Position numbers and translations under genes: made by a program. 45,329 bases of DNA from a virus. How positions within the stretch are numbered: the stretch's first letter is position 1; every line of letters starts with the position of its first letter. Below the pieces are notes generated by a model, which saw only the letters and a program-made list of their open reading frames with translations, ran no database searches and was not told the DNA's origin. This document shows positions 1 to 9,806 of this stretch, in pieces. Location: IMG/VR virus record IMGVR_UViG_3300022542_000430; one strand, 5' to 3'.

Positions 1-141
1 TACCTTTAATGGCATTTTAAACCCTTCAAAGAATCCTATCTTTATAGATTGCAACCAAATTCAAATCCCACTTGAAAGAAAGCAGGGGAATGATTGGTTA
101 CTGGAAAGTGCTGAAAGTATTAGTTATAGGTTTTTGGCTGA
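1..141. repeat. Terminal direct repeat identical to 45189..45329 (141 bp); contig-end overlap of a circularly closed or permuted phage genome
   Basis: Both ends read by eye and match base for base; an ORF runs in frame through the junction. Confidence 0.9.
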
Positions 142-1570
142 TTCTAGCTATAATGATAGAGGTAGCATTTCGGATTCGGATTATGTAAGAGTGCCGTATA
201 TTATCAATTATATTCCAGATGGTATGCAATTGCTGTTTTTAGCAATATCAACCTTTATGCTAACTAAGGAATTAGTTGAGAGTGTAAAGTCTATTGCTAC
301 ACAGGTTGTTGACTTGGTGAAACAAGTAGTTCCGAACGTGGGTACAAGTGTTGGACTAGGTGCAGGGGTTGTTACTTCGTGGAGTATAGGGCAGGTAGTA
401 GGTGCTATAATCAATCTAGCTGTTACCGTAGCTTATGCCGTTGGTATGATAGTAGGATTAGTGGAGCTCACAAAACAAATAATAGAACAACTAGCTCCTG
501 TTAAGCGTTTCCATTTAGGAATGAGCATAAAAAGCTTAGTAGTCAAATCTTGTGAATACTTAGGACTAGAATACAAAAGCACTTTGCTTGATGCCTTAGA
601 TACGAGTGCTGAAAGTTGGACTATTATCCCTAAAAAGTTTCACAAAGGGGGCATACCTCCAACTGGATTGTTATTTGCAGAATTTAAAGAGACAGGAGTA
701 CCTGACAGTGGTGATGGTATAGATAACTTTGGCCAACTTTTAGGAGTATTAAAGCGTACCTTCAATGCTGATTTTATTATTGAAAATGATGTTTTTCAGT
801 TTGAGCGGTGGGATTATTGGAAGGACAAAGGAACTTATACAATACCAAGCACTTTTATTGACCAGGACAATTATAGAAACCCACACAAAAAGAATACTGA
901 TAGCCTAAAATCTAATTATGTTATAGGCTGGGAAACTGACATAGAGGATAAAAATACACTCGACAATAAAAACGGCTTAGTTTACCAAGTAATTACCACA
1001 CAAAAAGCAATAGCTAATCCCGACTTATCCACATTAAAAGGATTAGAAAACGTGAACGTTCCTTTTAGTATGGCAGTTAGAAAAGATAAATTAACAGCTA
1101 TCGAGGAGGTTCTAAAGGTATTCTTACAGGCTGCTGATTTCCTAAGTGGACAACTAGACCAACCTAATAGTTTTGCTGCTCAATTTAGCGCAAGGATAGG
1201 AAGTATGCACCTGTCAAGTCACAAAACAACCAAGCCTAAGATGGTTGTAATGGCAGGAGCGACACTTGCAAAGAACCAACGGCAAATAATGGCAGCGAGT
1301 AAGTTATGGTCAGATTATCACTATATCAATAGTTTTGTTACTCAATCAGATGGCAGCAATAACCAACAGTTTATATACGAAGAACAGAAAATACCTTTTT
1401 GCTTTGAAAATTTCGTATCTTTGGGAGGTAACCCGTACCAAAACACAGAAAATGGCGAAAGTGCGAAGATAAAAGAAATAGTTTGGAATTACGAAGCTAA
1501 CACAGCGACTATATCCTATAATGTATTTAGGGTTTATGATGATAATTTAAAAGAAACATTCTTAGACTAA
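1..1570 (+). CDS. 3-prime part of a tail-associated protein that starts at ATG 44953 and wraps through the end overlap (~601 aa on the circular map)
   Basis: Track ORF 134..1570 begins at TTG only because the window starts here. The frame is open from 44953 to 45329 (=141) and on to TAA 1568-1570. It follows the tape measure gene and has a Gly/Ala/Val-rich hydrophobic segment. Confidence 0.7.
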   Translation, partial: TFNGILNPSKNPIFIDCNQIQIPLERKQGNDWLLESAESISYRFLADSSYNDRGSISDSDYVRVPYIINYIPDGMQLLFLAISTFMLTKELVESVKSIATQVVDLVKQVVPNVGTSVGLGAGVVTSWSIGQVVGAIINLAVTVAYAVGMIVGLVELTKQIIEQLAPVKRFHLGMSIKSLVVKSCEYLGLEYKSTLLDALDTSAESWTIIPKKFHKGGIPPTGLLFAEFKETGVPDSGDGIDNFGQLLGVLKRTFNADFIIENDVFQFERWDYWKDKGTYTIPSTFIDQDNYRNPHKKNTDSLKSNYVIGWETDIEDKNTLDNKNGLVYQVITTQKAIANPDLSTLKGLENVNVPFSMAVRKDKLTAIEEVLKVFLQAADFLSGQLDQPNSFAAQFSARIGSMHLSSHKTTKPKMVVMAGATLAKNQRQIMAASKLWSDYHYINSFVTQSDGSNNQQFIYEEQKIPFCFENFVSLGGNPYQNTENGESAKIKEIVWNYEANTATISYNVFRVYDDNLKETFLD

Positions 1571-1857
1571 TGACCGAAGCAGAAAAGAAAGCAGCAGCGA
1601 TTAAGGAAGCGGAACGGGAACAGGAGATTATAGACAACCTAAAGAAGTCTTCAAAACTCCAAGTCCAAGCTAGAAAGGATTTAGATGCTGAAATAGAAAA
1701 AGGGAAACTAGCTATTAGTGAGTTAATAAAAACGATTCCTGTTCATCATCAAGGGGAAGCTAGAGTAATTGAGATGAAAGTTAATAAGCTATTAGCCGAA
1801 CTTAGAAGCGGTGCAGACGTAGAAGATATTACAAAGAAACTAAAAGCTTTAAAGTAA
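1570..1857 (+). CDS. hypothetical protein, Lys/Glu-rich coiled-coil, tail module
   Basis: ATGA start/stop overlap with upstream and TAATG overlap with downstream genes (translational coupling). Confidence 0.6.
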   Translation: MTEAEKKAAAIKEAEREQEIIDNLKKSSKLQVQARKDLDAEIEKGKLAISELIKTIPVHHQGEARVIEMKVNKLLAELRSGADVEDITKKLKALK

Positions 1858-4367
1858 TGGGCGTAAAGATATTAAAACAGGATTACATAACACCTTTTAA
1901 ACCTAGTTCAAAAACAACTTGGCAGCTAGGTAATACAGGGGATTGGCTCAAAGTCTCCTTAGAGTGCGAATTTTCCGTTGAGAAAGTTTTTACCAACACA
2001 GACAGCTTAACAATTGCGGATCCAAATACTTTGACTTTAAATAGTGGGAAGACTTGGAAAAGCTTTGGGTTTGATGTTGGGTTTACTTGTACTTTAGTTT
2101 ATTATTATACGGATTTAACAAGGCCAAACCCTACGCCCGTACAAAATACTATCTCTTTTACTGTTGAAAGTTTATTAGATAACGTTTTAACAGCAAAAAA
2201 TCCAAGCGGTGCGCCAATAACAACGTGGTCTTATTCTTATGGAGCGGTTGCTCCTATTGGAGTTGGAACTTATGAAATATCAAACGTTTATGTTTACGCT
2301 GATAAGCCAATGGAGGGGATTGAGCTTGAATATGGACAGATACAAAACTCATTAGGCCAAACAGGAACTACCCTAAGTCATTTAGATGGTACGACTACCA
2401 AAATGAGAATGAAAGATACACAACTTTTGACAGTTGGAACAGTTACAGAATTTACACACTACCTAGATTTTAAAAGCGGTATGAGTGTAGAGAAAGGAAC
2501 AGTTACTTTTTTAACTCAACAGGCACATAGATATATTTTCAGGCTTGAACTTATCTTTATGATAAGCACCTTTTACGAGTTTATAACGAACTATGAAGAT
2601 AATGTAGCGCCCGATTGGGTCAAAGCCGCTGCTGCTATAACAGACAGCTTTATAATTACAGGCTATCCAACATATAACAATCCTAATATAAAAGTCCAAA
2701 ACGACCCTAAACAAACATTTCAACTAGGCAATACAGGTTGGTTTGATGAAAACTTTAATCAATTACCAAATCTTTTTGAATTTACCCCCGTAGTGTATAA
2801 GAATTTGGCAGGAACTACGGTAAGCCAATTAGATTATGTGAACCCTATTGTTATGACTACAACAATAAGTGGGATTCAAAATTTAAGCGGTTTATCTACG
2901 TTTCAGTACGGATTCCAATGGGCTACTATTGATGAAGACACTTGGAAGAAAAACAACTATCCATATCATAAAAACACCAAGATTAGTACAGGAGGTAAAG
3001 CTGCTAGTTTAGGCGATGTTTTCAATTTAAGCTCCTTAACCTACGATGCTTACCCTGCTTTAAGAAGTGGGTATAGTCGCGATGGATTGAGCGGAATGGA
3101 TGTTTCAGATATTGTATTCTCACAAAACGCAACAGATAGTACGGCAGTAGATGTAAGTTTGACTTTTAGACCTTCAGCATTGTTCAGCCAAGAAATGGGA
3201 GAACTAAGTGAAGATGAAAGACAGTATATAATTTGGGTAAGCGTTGGAGATATAAGCCCTGCTACTAATTTAGGGGATAGAGTAAGCCTAAAAATAGAAC
3301 CACTTAATACATTAGACACCTTTAAAGAACCTATTGGAGAGTTCCCAGGACTAACGATAGGATTCTTAGACCATCCACAAGACGAAACCGACACACCAAG
3401 AGTTTTAAATAATTGGTATATTGAGGATGGATGTTTGGCAAAGGTTAATTTCACAGTTAATACTGCGGTTGGATCTACAATTCCAATAGTGGAGGCTATT
3501 AATTTTGGCGTATTAGTTAAGAGTTTAACGGATGGTAGTACTTACGAGCTAGACAGCACAAAGGTTGATTTAAGTAGCTATCCTGATGCTACGCAATATG
3601 ACTACGATGTTACTAGAGATTTTAAACTAGAGATAGGGAATAATAAGAACTTTTTAAAGGTTTTATATGATGCTGCTACAACGGTAGGAACTGAGATAGG
3701 TGCTATTGGTTGGTACGGGTTTAAGATGCGTTGGGAGGATTGGAAAGAAAGATTCCCTCATGCACCTATAGCGTTTTATAATAATACATTTAAGAAGAAC
3801 GGATTTAACCAAGATTGGTACGAGTACTTTAGTAATGCAGGGTATTCTTTACACTTCTTTGTAGATATGGACTGTGAGCTTGATGGCGATAAAGTTTCTT
3901 ATAGAAACCTAAAAGAAATTGCTTTAAACGATTACGATAGTAATAGTACAATAAGTACACAAATCAAGTACTACGCAGATAATAACGGGGTCAAAGGTGC
4001 TGCTATTAGTGGTGGGACTTACTTAGGTCTGCCATTAGGAATAATAATAAAAGGAGATTTTGTATGGCTTGATATTGAGTACACAAGCACAGGTACGCCG
4101 TGGACAGATCAAGCCGATGTAGATGCCAATTACTATGGAATTTCTGAAATTGAAGTGGAGAACGGAGGAGGAGAAAAAGACATAAGGCAACTGTCTAGTA
4201 TTTATTTGCCTGAGTTTGGGAATCCATTAATGCCATTACCATCTACCACCCTCGCAACAGTAACATTTAACGCTACAAACAAAATAACAGTAAGTTGCAG
4301 AATAGAAGCCAATAAATTAATAACCGCAGAAACTTATAAAGTGACTGGTAAAATAGGAGGTAAATAA
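1857..4367 (+). CDS. large distal tail / baseplate structural protein (836 aa)
   Basis: Long ORF in the tail module downstream of the tape measure gene; no specific motif recognised. Confidence 0.65.
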   Translation: MGVKILKQDYITPFKPSSKTTWQLGNTGDWLKVSLECEFSVEKVFTNTDSLTIADPNTLTLNSGKTWKSFGFDVGFTCTLVYYYTDLTRPNPTPVQNTISFTVESLLDNVLTAKNPSGAPITTWSYSYGAVAPIGVGTYEISNVYVYADKPMEGIELEYGQIQNSLGQTGTTLSHLDGTTTKMRMKDTQLLTVGTVTEFTHYLDFKSGMSVEKGTVTFLTQQAHRYIFRLELIFMISTFYEFITNYEDNVAPDWVKAAAAITDSFIITGYPTYNNPNIKVQNDPKQTFQLGNTGWFDENFNQLPNLFEFTPVVYKNLAGTTVSQLDYVNPIVMTTTISGIQNLSGLSTFQYGFQWATIDEDTWKKNNYPYHKNTKISTGGKAASLGDVFNLSSLTYDAYPALRSGYSRDGLSGMDVSDIVFSQNATDSTAVDVSLTFRPSALFSQEMGELSEDERQYIIWVSVGDISPATNLGDRVSLKIEPLNTLDTFKEPIGEFPGLTIGFLDHPQDETDTPRVLNNWYIEDGCLAKVNFTVNTAVGSTIPIVEAINFGVLVKSLTDGSTYELDSTKVDLSSYPDATQYDYDVTRDFKLEIGNNKNFLKVLYDAATTVGTEIGAIGWYGFKMRWEDWKERFPHAPIAFYNNTFKKNGFNQDWYEYFSNAGYSLHFFVDMDCELDGDKVSYRNLKEIALNDYDSNSTISTQIKYYADNNGVKGAAISGGTYLGLPLGIIIKGDFVWLDIEYTSTGTPWTDQADVDANYYGISEIEVENGGGEKDIRQLSSIYLPEFGNPLMPLPSTTLATVTFNATNKITVSCRIEANKLITAETYKVTGKIGGK

Positions 4368-5749
4368 TGGCTAGTTTACATATATACGACCTCAATAGTT
4401 GTGGTACACATCCTAGTATTTTAGGAGTGACAAGCGGAACTGTATTAAGTGCCTTTGACTTCGCTACTTTAGGGGCTTTGGTTTATTTAGGGGCTAACAG
4501 GGGTAGGCCTCCTATTGTTCCCGCAGAAACTTATACCCTTGATTATGTAGGAATAACTACTAATATGGCTACATGGGTTAGTATTTATGATTTACAAATT
4601 ACCGACTTAGTTAGTTGTGCAGACACGAACAAGGATAAGATGTACAAAATGGTTCAATGTGGAGAACCTAAGAACATTAGAGAGGTTCTTTTGACTTCGG
4701 CTCAAACTATAGGAGACGTTTTAGTATTTGGAGTTGAAGATACTGCCTGGATAGTACACGAATTAATAAGCACTTATGATGAAATTTTAACCATTACGGC
4801 TACTTATGCGAATTGTACCTTAGCAAATACATCACTATCAGCATCAGCGACACTAAGCGCAGAAGATGAAAGAACAATAGGTTACGCTGCTTTGGTTACA
4901 CCGATTAAGACTGACCCCGTAGATAGGGGATTCAATGATTGTTGCTTTAGTTTGAAGGTCTTAGCGGACTTGTCAGACGATGCAAGCTATAAGAATGATT
5001 TTACAAGCGTATTCTACCAAAGACAAACCCCTGCGGACACTATAAGCTATCAAATAATAAAGGTCGGAGGAGGTACGACTAATTTGTTAGATGGTACGCA
5101 TGGGGTTCTTTATGATTTTGCAGCTACGCATCATAATCCAGACTTAACCTATTTTAAAGTTGAGTGGAGGAAAATATATAATTTGCTAGGATTAGGCCAA
5201 TACACTATAAGAATGAATATAGTTGTCGGCGGTTTACCTTCTGTTGCCGTAGATAGTAACACTTTCAATTTAAAAGCGTTTAGTATAAATAACGCTGATG
5301 GTACAACTCGCTTTGATGGTTCTATGGATGGAAGGTTAGAAGAGATAAAAACCGACTTTAAGAACAGCGGATTTGAAACTAGTCTAAGAATTAGCGGTTA
5401 TTTTGGGAATAGAACCCCTAATATTGAGAAAGAAGATTTAGTCTATTCATCAAAAAAAGGGATAAGCTATTACAAGTCTCAAATAACTATGAAAAATGAT
5501 GATTCATTTAGTTATGAGGCTGAAAATATACCTGACTGTATTAGTAAACAATGGTTTGACTTTTTGATGTTCTCTAATGATATACAAATTAGTGACTACA
5601 ATAAAAATAACCATTCTTATGATTATGAATTATTCGACGTGGAATTGGACGAAATAAGCGAGCCGATATATCCACCACAAAACAGAGGTGTTACTATTCA
5701 GGCTAAATTTAAAAGAAGATCAAAGAATCAAATAAAAACTAACTGTTAA
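4367..5749 (+). CDS. tail / baseplate structural protein (460 aa)
   Basis: Coupled start (TAATG) to the upstream tail gene; position only. Confidence 0.6.
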   Translation: MASLHIYDLNSCGTHPSILGVTSGTVLSAFDFATLGALVYLGANRGRPPIVPAETYTLDYVGITTNMATWVSIYDLQITDLVSCADTNKDKMYKMVQCGEPKNIREVLLTSAQTIGDVLVFGVEDTAWIVHELISTYDEILTITATYANCTLANTSLSASATLSAEDERTIGYAALVTPIKTDPVDRGFNDCCFSLKVLADLSDDASYKNDFTSVFYQRQTPADTISYQIIKVGGGTTNLLDGTHGVLYDFAATHHNPDLTYFKVEWRKIYNLLGLGQYTIRMNIVVGGLPSVAVDSNTFNLKAFSINNADGTTRFDGSMDGRLEEIKTDFKNSGFETSLRISGYFGNRTPNIEKEDLVYSSKKGISYYKSQITMKNDDSFSYEAENIPDCISKQWFDFLMFSNDIQISDYNKNNHSYDYELFDVELDEISEPIYPPQNRGVTIQAKFKRRSKNQIKTNC

Positions 5750-5764
5750 TAAAAGAATATAACA

Positions 5765-6028
5765 ATGGCATTAAGAATAGGCTTAGTAGTGGGAACAGGA
5801 AGTGCAACGCTACAACACGGAACAGGATCAGTAAAAAATTATGCTTCCAACAACCTAAGATATGATATTAATGGGTTAACAATCAACTTCTATCAATTAC
5901 AACCTTATGTTTGGTTGGGTTCTGAAACTGTTACTTTATTGGAAAATGCTGCAGGAACAGCAATAGGTATTGAATCAGTTGTTAGAACTTACTTAGATGC
6001 TTTTGTAGGTGCTAGTAAATCATTATAA
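5765..6028 (+). CDS. hypothetical small protein in tail module
   Basis: 87-aa ORF, same strand, tight spacing. Confidence 0.5.
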   Translation: MALRIGLVVGTGSATLQHGTGSVKNYASNNLRYDINGLTINFYQLQPYVWLGSETVTLLENAAGTAIGIESVVRTYLDAFVGASKSL

Positions 6029-6030
6029 AT

Positions 6031-7533
6031 ATGCCAACTAAAGTATATCCAAGCGGTTCAAATGTCATCGTAGACCAAACAGGGCAACCACTCCTTACTA
6101 TCTTAAAGGAGAGGGCAAAGTATGTCATTATACAACCTACCGTATCAGTAGATGGAATTACCCCTCCTGTTGCATTTACTATTCAATTTATTGACATTTT
6201 TAATGGAGACATTAGGACTGAATCAATAGCGAATGTACAAGACAGTACAGGGGCTTCTTTTGCTAGTCAAATTTTACTAGAAAAATATTTGAGGTTTATT
6301 CCTCATACCTCAACTACACTTTTAGTTGAGCAGCCAACAGTACACACTAAGTACGCTGATTCAATGAGTGTTGATGCTTTTGGACGTGCTAGGGTTTCAA
6401 GTACAGGACAAAGGTTAGATGTGGAGTTTATATATAACAAGCAAGAAGAAATATTTGATGAGGTATTAATTGGAGCGGCAACAGTAACGCATAATGCCAA
6501 CTCTAGGGATTTGACACTAGCTATTAATAGTGCGGTAAATGCTGATAGTGCGGTGATGATGAGTTACCCCGTTCCTTATACTCCTGGGAACTCTCAGTTA
6601 GTGGCAATGACTGGAACAATAAATGAATCTTCTTTAATTGGTGGAGGTGTTGAAATATTTATGAGGTCTAATGTCACAGGTTCTGTTGTTGATACGGCAT
6701 ACTTGCAATCTGATTGGAATATTAATACGGTTGATAATGTTGAGTGGGACACGTCACAGATTTTTATAATGGACTTCCAGTCTTTAAAAGTTGGGCGTAT
6801 TCGTTTTGGACTAGATAGAGGAGGCGTTATTATTCCTGTTCATTCTATTAAAAATGATAACATAAGAAGTACGGGTTTTTGGCAGTTACCTACGTTACCT
6901 ATATCATGGAGAATATATAACGATGCTACCAATACATATTGTGAAGTCTGTTATGGTGACGAATCTAATGGTATAGGATTTAGGTATAAAATTACTGTTG
7001 ATGCTACTGCTCAATTACGGGCTATTTGTGCAACGGTAAAAAGTGAAGGCGGTAAAGATTTAGTTGATTTAACTGGATTCAATAGAACGGCACACATGGG
7101 ATCTAGTAGAGCCACTGTTGGTAATTCCTTGATCCCTATTATATCAATAAGGCCAAAAGCTACTTATAATTCTATTACTAGTAATGGTCTTGTAATCCCT
7201 ATATCTTTTTCAGTAGATAGTGATAATCCTATTCAGTTGATTGTGGTACATGATGGAGTATTAACGGGTGCAGCGTGGAATGACGTAGACACTACTGAAT
7301 CTATCCAAGAAATTGATATAACAGCAAGTTCTTTAGCTAATGGGCATGAAGTTTATTGTGATTATTTTGGTACTGGTAAGAATCAAAGTAACTCAGCAGG
7401 GGGAATTTTAGGAAAGACTTTGTTATGGGATAGAAAAGGAACAGAAACAGGTGTATTTACTATTTGTGCTATAAGAACAACTAATACCAGTGCAGATGTA
7501 TTAATTAGTATTAATTCAAAAGAAATAAGGTAG
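6031..7533 (+). CDS. putative tail fibre / receptor-binding protein (500 aa)
   Basis: Last large ORF of the tail module, Ser/Thr/Asn/Gly-rich; assignment by position only. Confidence 0.45.
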   Translation: MPTKVYPSGSNVIVDQTGQPLLTILKERAKYVIIQPTVSVDGITPPVAFTIQFIDIFNGDIRTESIANVQDSTGASFASQILLEKYLRFIPHTSTTLLVEQPTVHTKYADSMSVDAFGRARVSSTGQRLDVEFIYNKQEEIFDEVLIGAATVTHNANSRDLTLAINSAVNADSAVMMSYPVPYTPGNSQLVAMTGTINESSLIGGGVEIFMRSNVTGSVVDTAYLQSDWNINTVDNVEWDTSQIFIMDFQSLKVGRIRFGLDRGGVIIPVHSIKNDNIRSTGFWQLPTLPISWRIYNDATNTYCEVCYGDESNGIGFRYKITVDATAQLRAICATVKSEGGKDLVDLTGFNRTAHMGSSRATVGNSLIPIISIRPKATYNSITSNGLVIPISFSVDSDNPIQLIVVHDGVLTGAAWNDVDTTESIQEIDITASSLANGHEVYCDYFGTGKNQSNSAGGILGKTLLWDRKGTETGVFTICAIRTTNTSADVLISINSKEIR

Positions 7534-7534
7534 T

Positions 7535-7810
7535 ATGGCTAATATAGTAGTAGTTTCAACGACAAATACAATACAGGTAGATTTTGGGGCATATTCTACG
7601 GAATTAGAAGAAATTAAGGGAACATGGCACAAACAAGATATTGTATTATTGTTACGAGCTACGTTGGTTGAAATAGACATTCCACATGAAAAGAATTGGT
7701 TATTATCCCATAACGGAAGTGCAGGAACATTTCAAGTTGACTTAGTAGATGGTTTAGCCCCAACGAGTTTAGATGATTTATACACAAAAATACAGGCAAT
7801 AATACAATAA
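7535..7810 (+). CDS. hypothetical small protein (possible fibre accessory protein)
   Basis: 91-aa ORF 1 nt after the putative fibre gene. Confidence 0.5.
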   Translation: MANIVVVSTTNTIQVDFGAYSTELEEIKGTWHKQDIVLLLRATLVEIDIPHEKNWLLSHNGSAGTFQVDLVDGLAPTSLDDLYTKIQAIIQ

Positions 7811-7873
7811 ACCCTCACAACCCATGAGGGAATAACTAAAACCGCTTAAAGACGATGAGCGACATGAAAAACT

Positions 7874-8149
7874 ATGGAATTAATGCAAGAATGGTTGGTA
7901 ATATCGGCTTATGTAGCAATATGCGTAGCTATTGGAGACAGTTTATATTCAATGTACGTAAAGATAACATCAGCACCCCCCGTGACATTTTTTGAGTTCT
8001 TTTCTACATTTAGTAAAAGGATGGATGCTCAAGATGAAATAATAAAAGAGGAGTTTAAGAAAAACAAAATAAATAACATAGAAGCACATTTAAACGGATA
8101 TGACAGAATCAAACGTCTACTTGAGGACGACAAAGAGAAAGATAATTAA
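7874..8149 (+). CDS. small membrane protein, holin-like candidate
   Basis: N-terminal hydrophobic helix (WLVISAYVAICVAIG) followed by a highly charged C-terminus; sits at the end of the late operon. Confidence 0.4.
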   Translation: MELMQEWLVISAYVAICVAIGDSLYSMYVKITSAPPVTFFEFFSTFSKRMDAQDEIIKEEFKKNKINNIEAHLNGYDRIKRLLEDDKEKDN

Positions 8150-8324
8150 GGCGATTTGTTTGTCTATTTGTTTTTTAATAATCTTCAATAATCACTTTGG
8201 GGGTGAGAGTTACGGTATAATCAATATCTTGGCTTACATTTTTAATGATATTGATTTTTTAGAATTTATTAAAGGTGGGTCAGGTTTAGATCCTACTAAT
8301 TTTGTTAATAGTTTTATACAATAA
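8100..8324 (+). CDS. small membrane protein
   Basis: Hydrophobic segment AICLSICFLIIF; overlaps the previous ORF by 50 nt. Confidence 0.4.
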   Translation: MTESNVYLRTTKRKIIKAICLSICFLIIFNNHFGGESYGIINILAYIFNDIDFLEFIKGGSGLDPTNFVNSFIQ

Positions 8325-8329
8325 ATAAG

Positions 8330-8593
8330 ATGGGAATTAATTTAATTGAGATTGATGGCAATTCGGCTACTTTTGAAAATAGCGAAGGGTCTTTGGAAGG
8401 TAGTTTGACATGGAATGACCCCGTTGAGAATGGGGGTATTTGGGAGGTTACTTTTCAAGGAACAGATACTTTGAGCGACCCTATATCTACTCAGACTACA
8501 GAGATAGACCAATCTGAGACTATTAACCCTACAAAGGTTTTTTGGTGGATTGCGAACAAGTTAAAAGAGGTTCTTTGTCCAGAATGCGAATAA
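8330..8593 (+). CDS. hypothetical protein
   Basis: 87-aa ORF, last gene before the convergent terminator. Confidence 0.5.
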   Translation: MGINLIEIDGNSATFENSEGSLEGSLTWNDPVENGGIWEVTFQGTDTLSDPISTQTTEIDQSETINPTKVFWWIANKLKEVLCPECE

Positions 8594-8616
8594 ATTTGGC
8601 TTTGTATTATAGTTTA

Positions 8617-8650
8617 GCCCCTCAGTTGTCAAGTACTGAGGGGCTTTTTG
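8617..8650. terminator. bidirectional intrinsic terminator between convergent operons
   Basis: GCCCCTCAGT (8617-8626) pairs with ACTGAGGGGC (8635-8644), followed by TTTTT. Confidence 0.8.
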
Positions 8651-8661
8651 TGTTTAGAATC

Positions 8662-8946
8662 TTAGGCAAATTCAAATCGTAATTTATGGACTTCTTTAGG
8701 TATTTCAGACATAAAGACCTCAAACCCAACAGAATCATCCGTATTGTATTCGTGTTTGATTATTTCAGTTTCTAGTTTTTCTTCTAGCAAATAAGACTCC
8801 ACATACTCAGACCCAAAGAATTTAGCGGTCTCTTCTGGTAGTTTCTCAATTCCTGCATTCTCACAAGCTTCTAATACTGCCTTGTGTTTTTGGTAATCTT
8901 CATTGTTTTCTGAAATATATCCTTTTAGATAAATTGACATTCCCAT
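8662..8946 (-). CDS. hypothetical acidic protein
   Basis: 94-aa ORF, last gene of the leftward early operon. Confidence 0.55.
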   Translation of the reverse strand: MGMSIYLKGYISENNEDYQKHKAVLEACENAGIEKLPEETAKFFGSEYVESYLLEEKLETEIIKHEYNTDDSVGFEVFMSEIPKEVHKLRFEFA

Positions 8947-8967
8947 TTTTATTAAGTTTTTTATAAA

Positions 8968-9246
8968 TTATTTAATCAGTTTAATTATCAAAGGTCTGCT
9001 CAAAAATACATTCTTACCCTCCAACGTTTCAAAAACAGGAGATAATCTCAAATCCTTTTCAACCGTGTAGGCTCGTATTTTAAGCACCTTCTGTATTCCT
9101 TTCGCTTCGACTTCTACGGTTGCGCCTACTGGATAAGGAGCGTTATCCTTTATGAATTTATCTTTAGCAAATCGAATAGCTTTAGTTGATATTTCTATAT
9201 TCATGTTGTGGTGGGCTAGTTCTTGTATTAATTCCTGCTTAGTCAT
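8968..9246 (-). CDS. hypothetical protein
   Basis: 92-aa ORF; ATG preceded by the CTTGACT box variant. Confidence 0.55.
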   Translation of the reverse strand: MTKQELIQELAHHNMNIEISTKAIRFAKDKFIKDNAPYPVGATVEVEAKGIQKVLKIRAYTVEKDLRLSPVFETLEGKNVFLSRPLIIKLIK

Positions 9247-9247
9247 T

Positions 9248-9254
9248 AGTCAAG
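9248..9254 (-). promoter_or_regulatory. start-proximal box, variant CTTGACT
   Basis: Minus strand reads AAAACTTGACTAATG; 1 nt before ATG 9246. Confidence 0.4.
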
Positions 9255-9350
9255 TTTTAGAATTTACCCAACCCATAAACGCCAACAAAGACGAATATAG
9301 GCAGGGCTTTAAATTGTTTCGGGTGCAAAATTGCGCGTAGGTTTTAATGC

Positions 9351-9803
9351 TCATTTTAGGATACTTAAAAACAAAGTTTCAAATACTTTCTTATCGTTCT
9401 TTGCTGAAAGAAAATGATTTTCGGTTAAGTCTCCAATTGTATCGCTGTATTGGCAAATAGCTAAACCTAAGTGCATTTTTTGTTCCTCATATCCAAAGTG
9501 ATTTGTAAATACGTCTTCGTAGGTATCATAGTTGTTGATAGTTTCTTGCATATTGCTCTCTAAGGCAGTTTGCATTGACATTATTAAGTCATCTACATTA
9601 CTCTTTAGTTCCTTTATGTTTTTATCGTTAGATACATCATAATCTCCTACCTCGCATCTTCTTTCGTCTGGAACATCCACGTAAACCTCCAACCATTCAA
9701 ATTCGTTGTCAATGGCATCGATTTTATCGTTAAAATCTAAAGTAGTTAAGTATTCTGCTATACTGCAACCTAACCAAGCTTCAAATAGTGTTATTGGTGT
9801 CAT
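9351..9803 (-). CDS. hypothetical strongly acidic protein (150 aa)
   Basis: About 31 Asp/Glu versus about 12 Lys/Arg counted by eye; early operon. Confidence 0.6.
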   Translation of the reverse strand: MTPITLFEAWLGCSIAEYLTTLDFNDKIDAIDNEFEWLEVYVDVPDERRCEVGDYDVSNDKNIKELKSNVDDLIMSMQTALESNMQETINNYDTYEDVFTNHFGYEEQKMHLGLAICQYSDTIGDLTENHFLSAKNDKKVFETLFLSILK

Positions 9804-9806
9804 GTT

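Noticed and set aside
7812-7830. Hairpin CCCTCA-N7-TGAGGG after gene 7535..7810
   Set aside because: The stem is only 6 bp with no following T run. That is not enough to call a terminator.
8627-8633. Extra CTTGACA copies at 8627-8633(-), 18127-18133(-), 27402-27408(+) and 28215-28221(+)
   Set aside because: No start codon follows in register. One is the loop of the 8617-8650 terminator and the others are inside coding sequence. They are consistent with the handful expected by chance.
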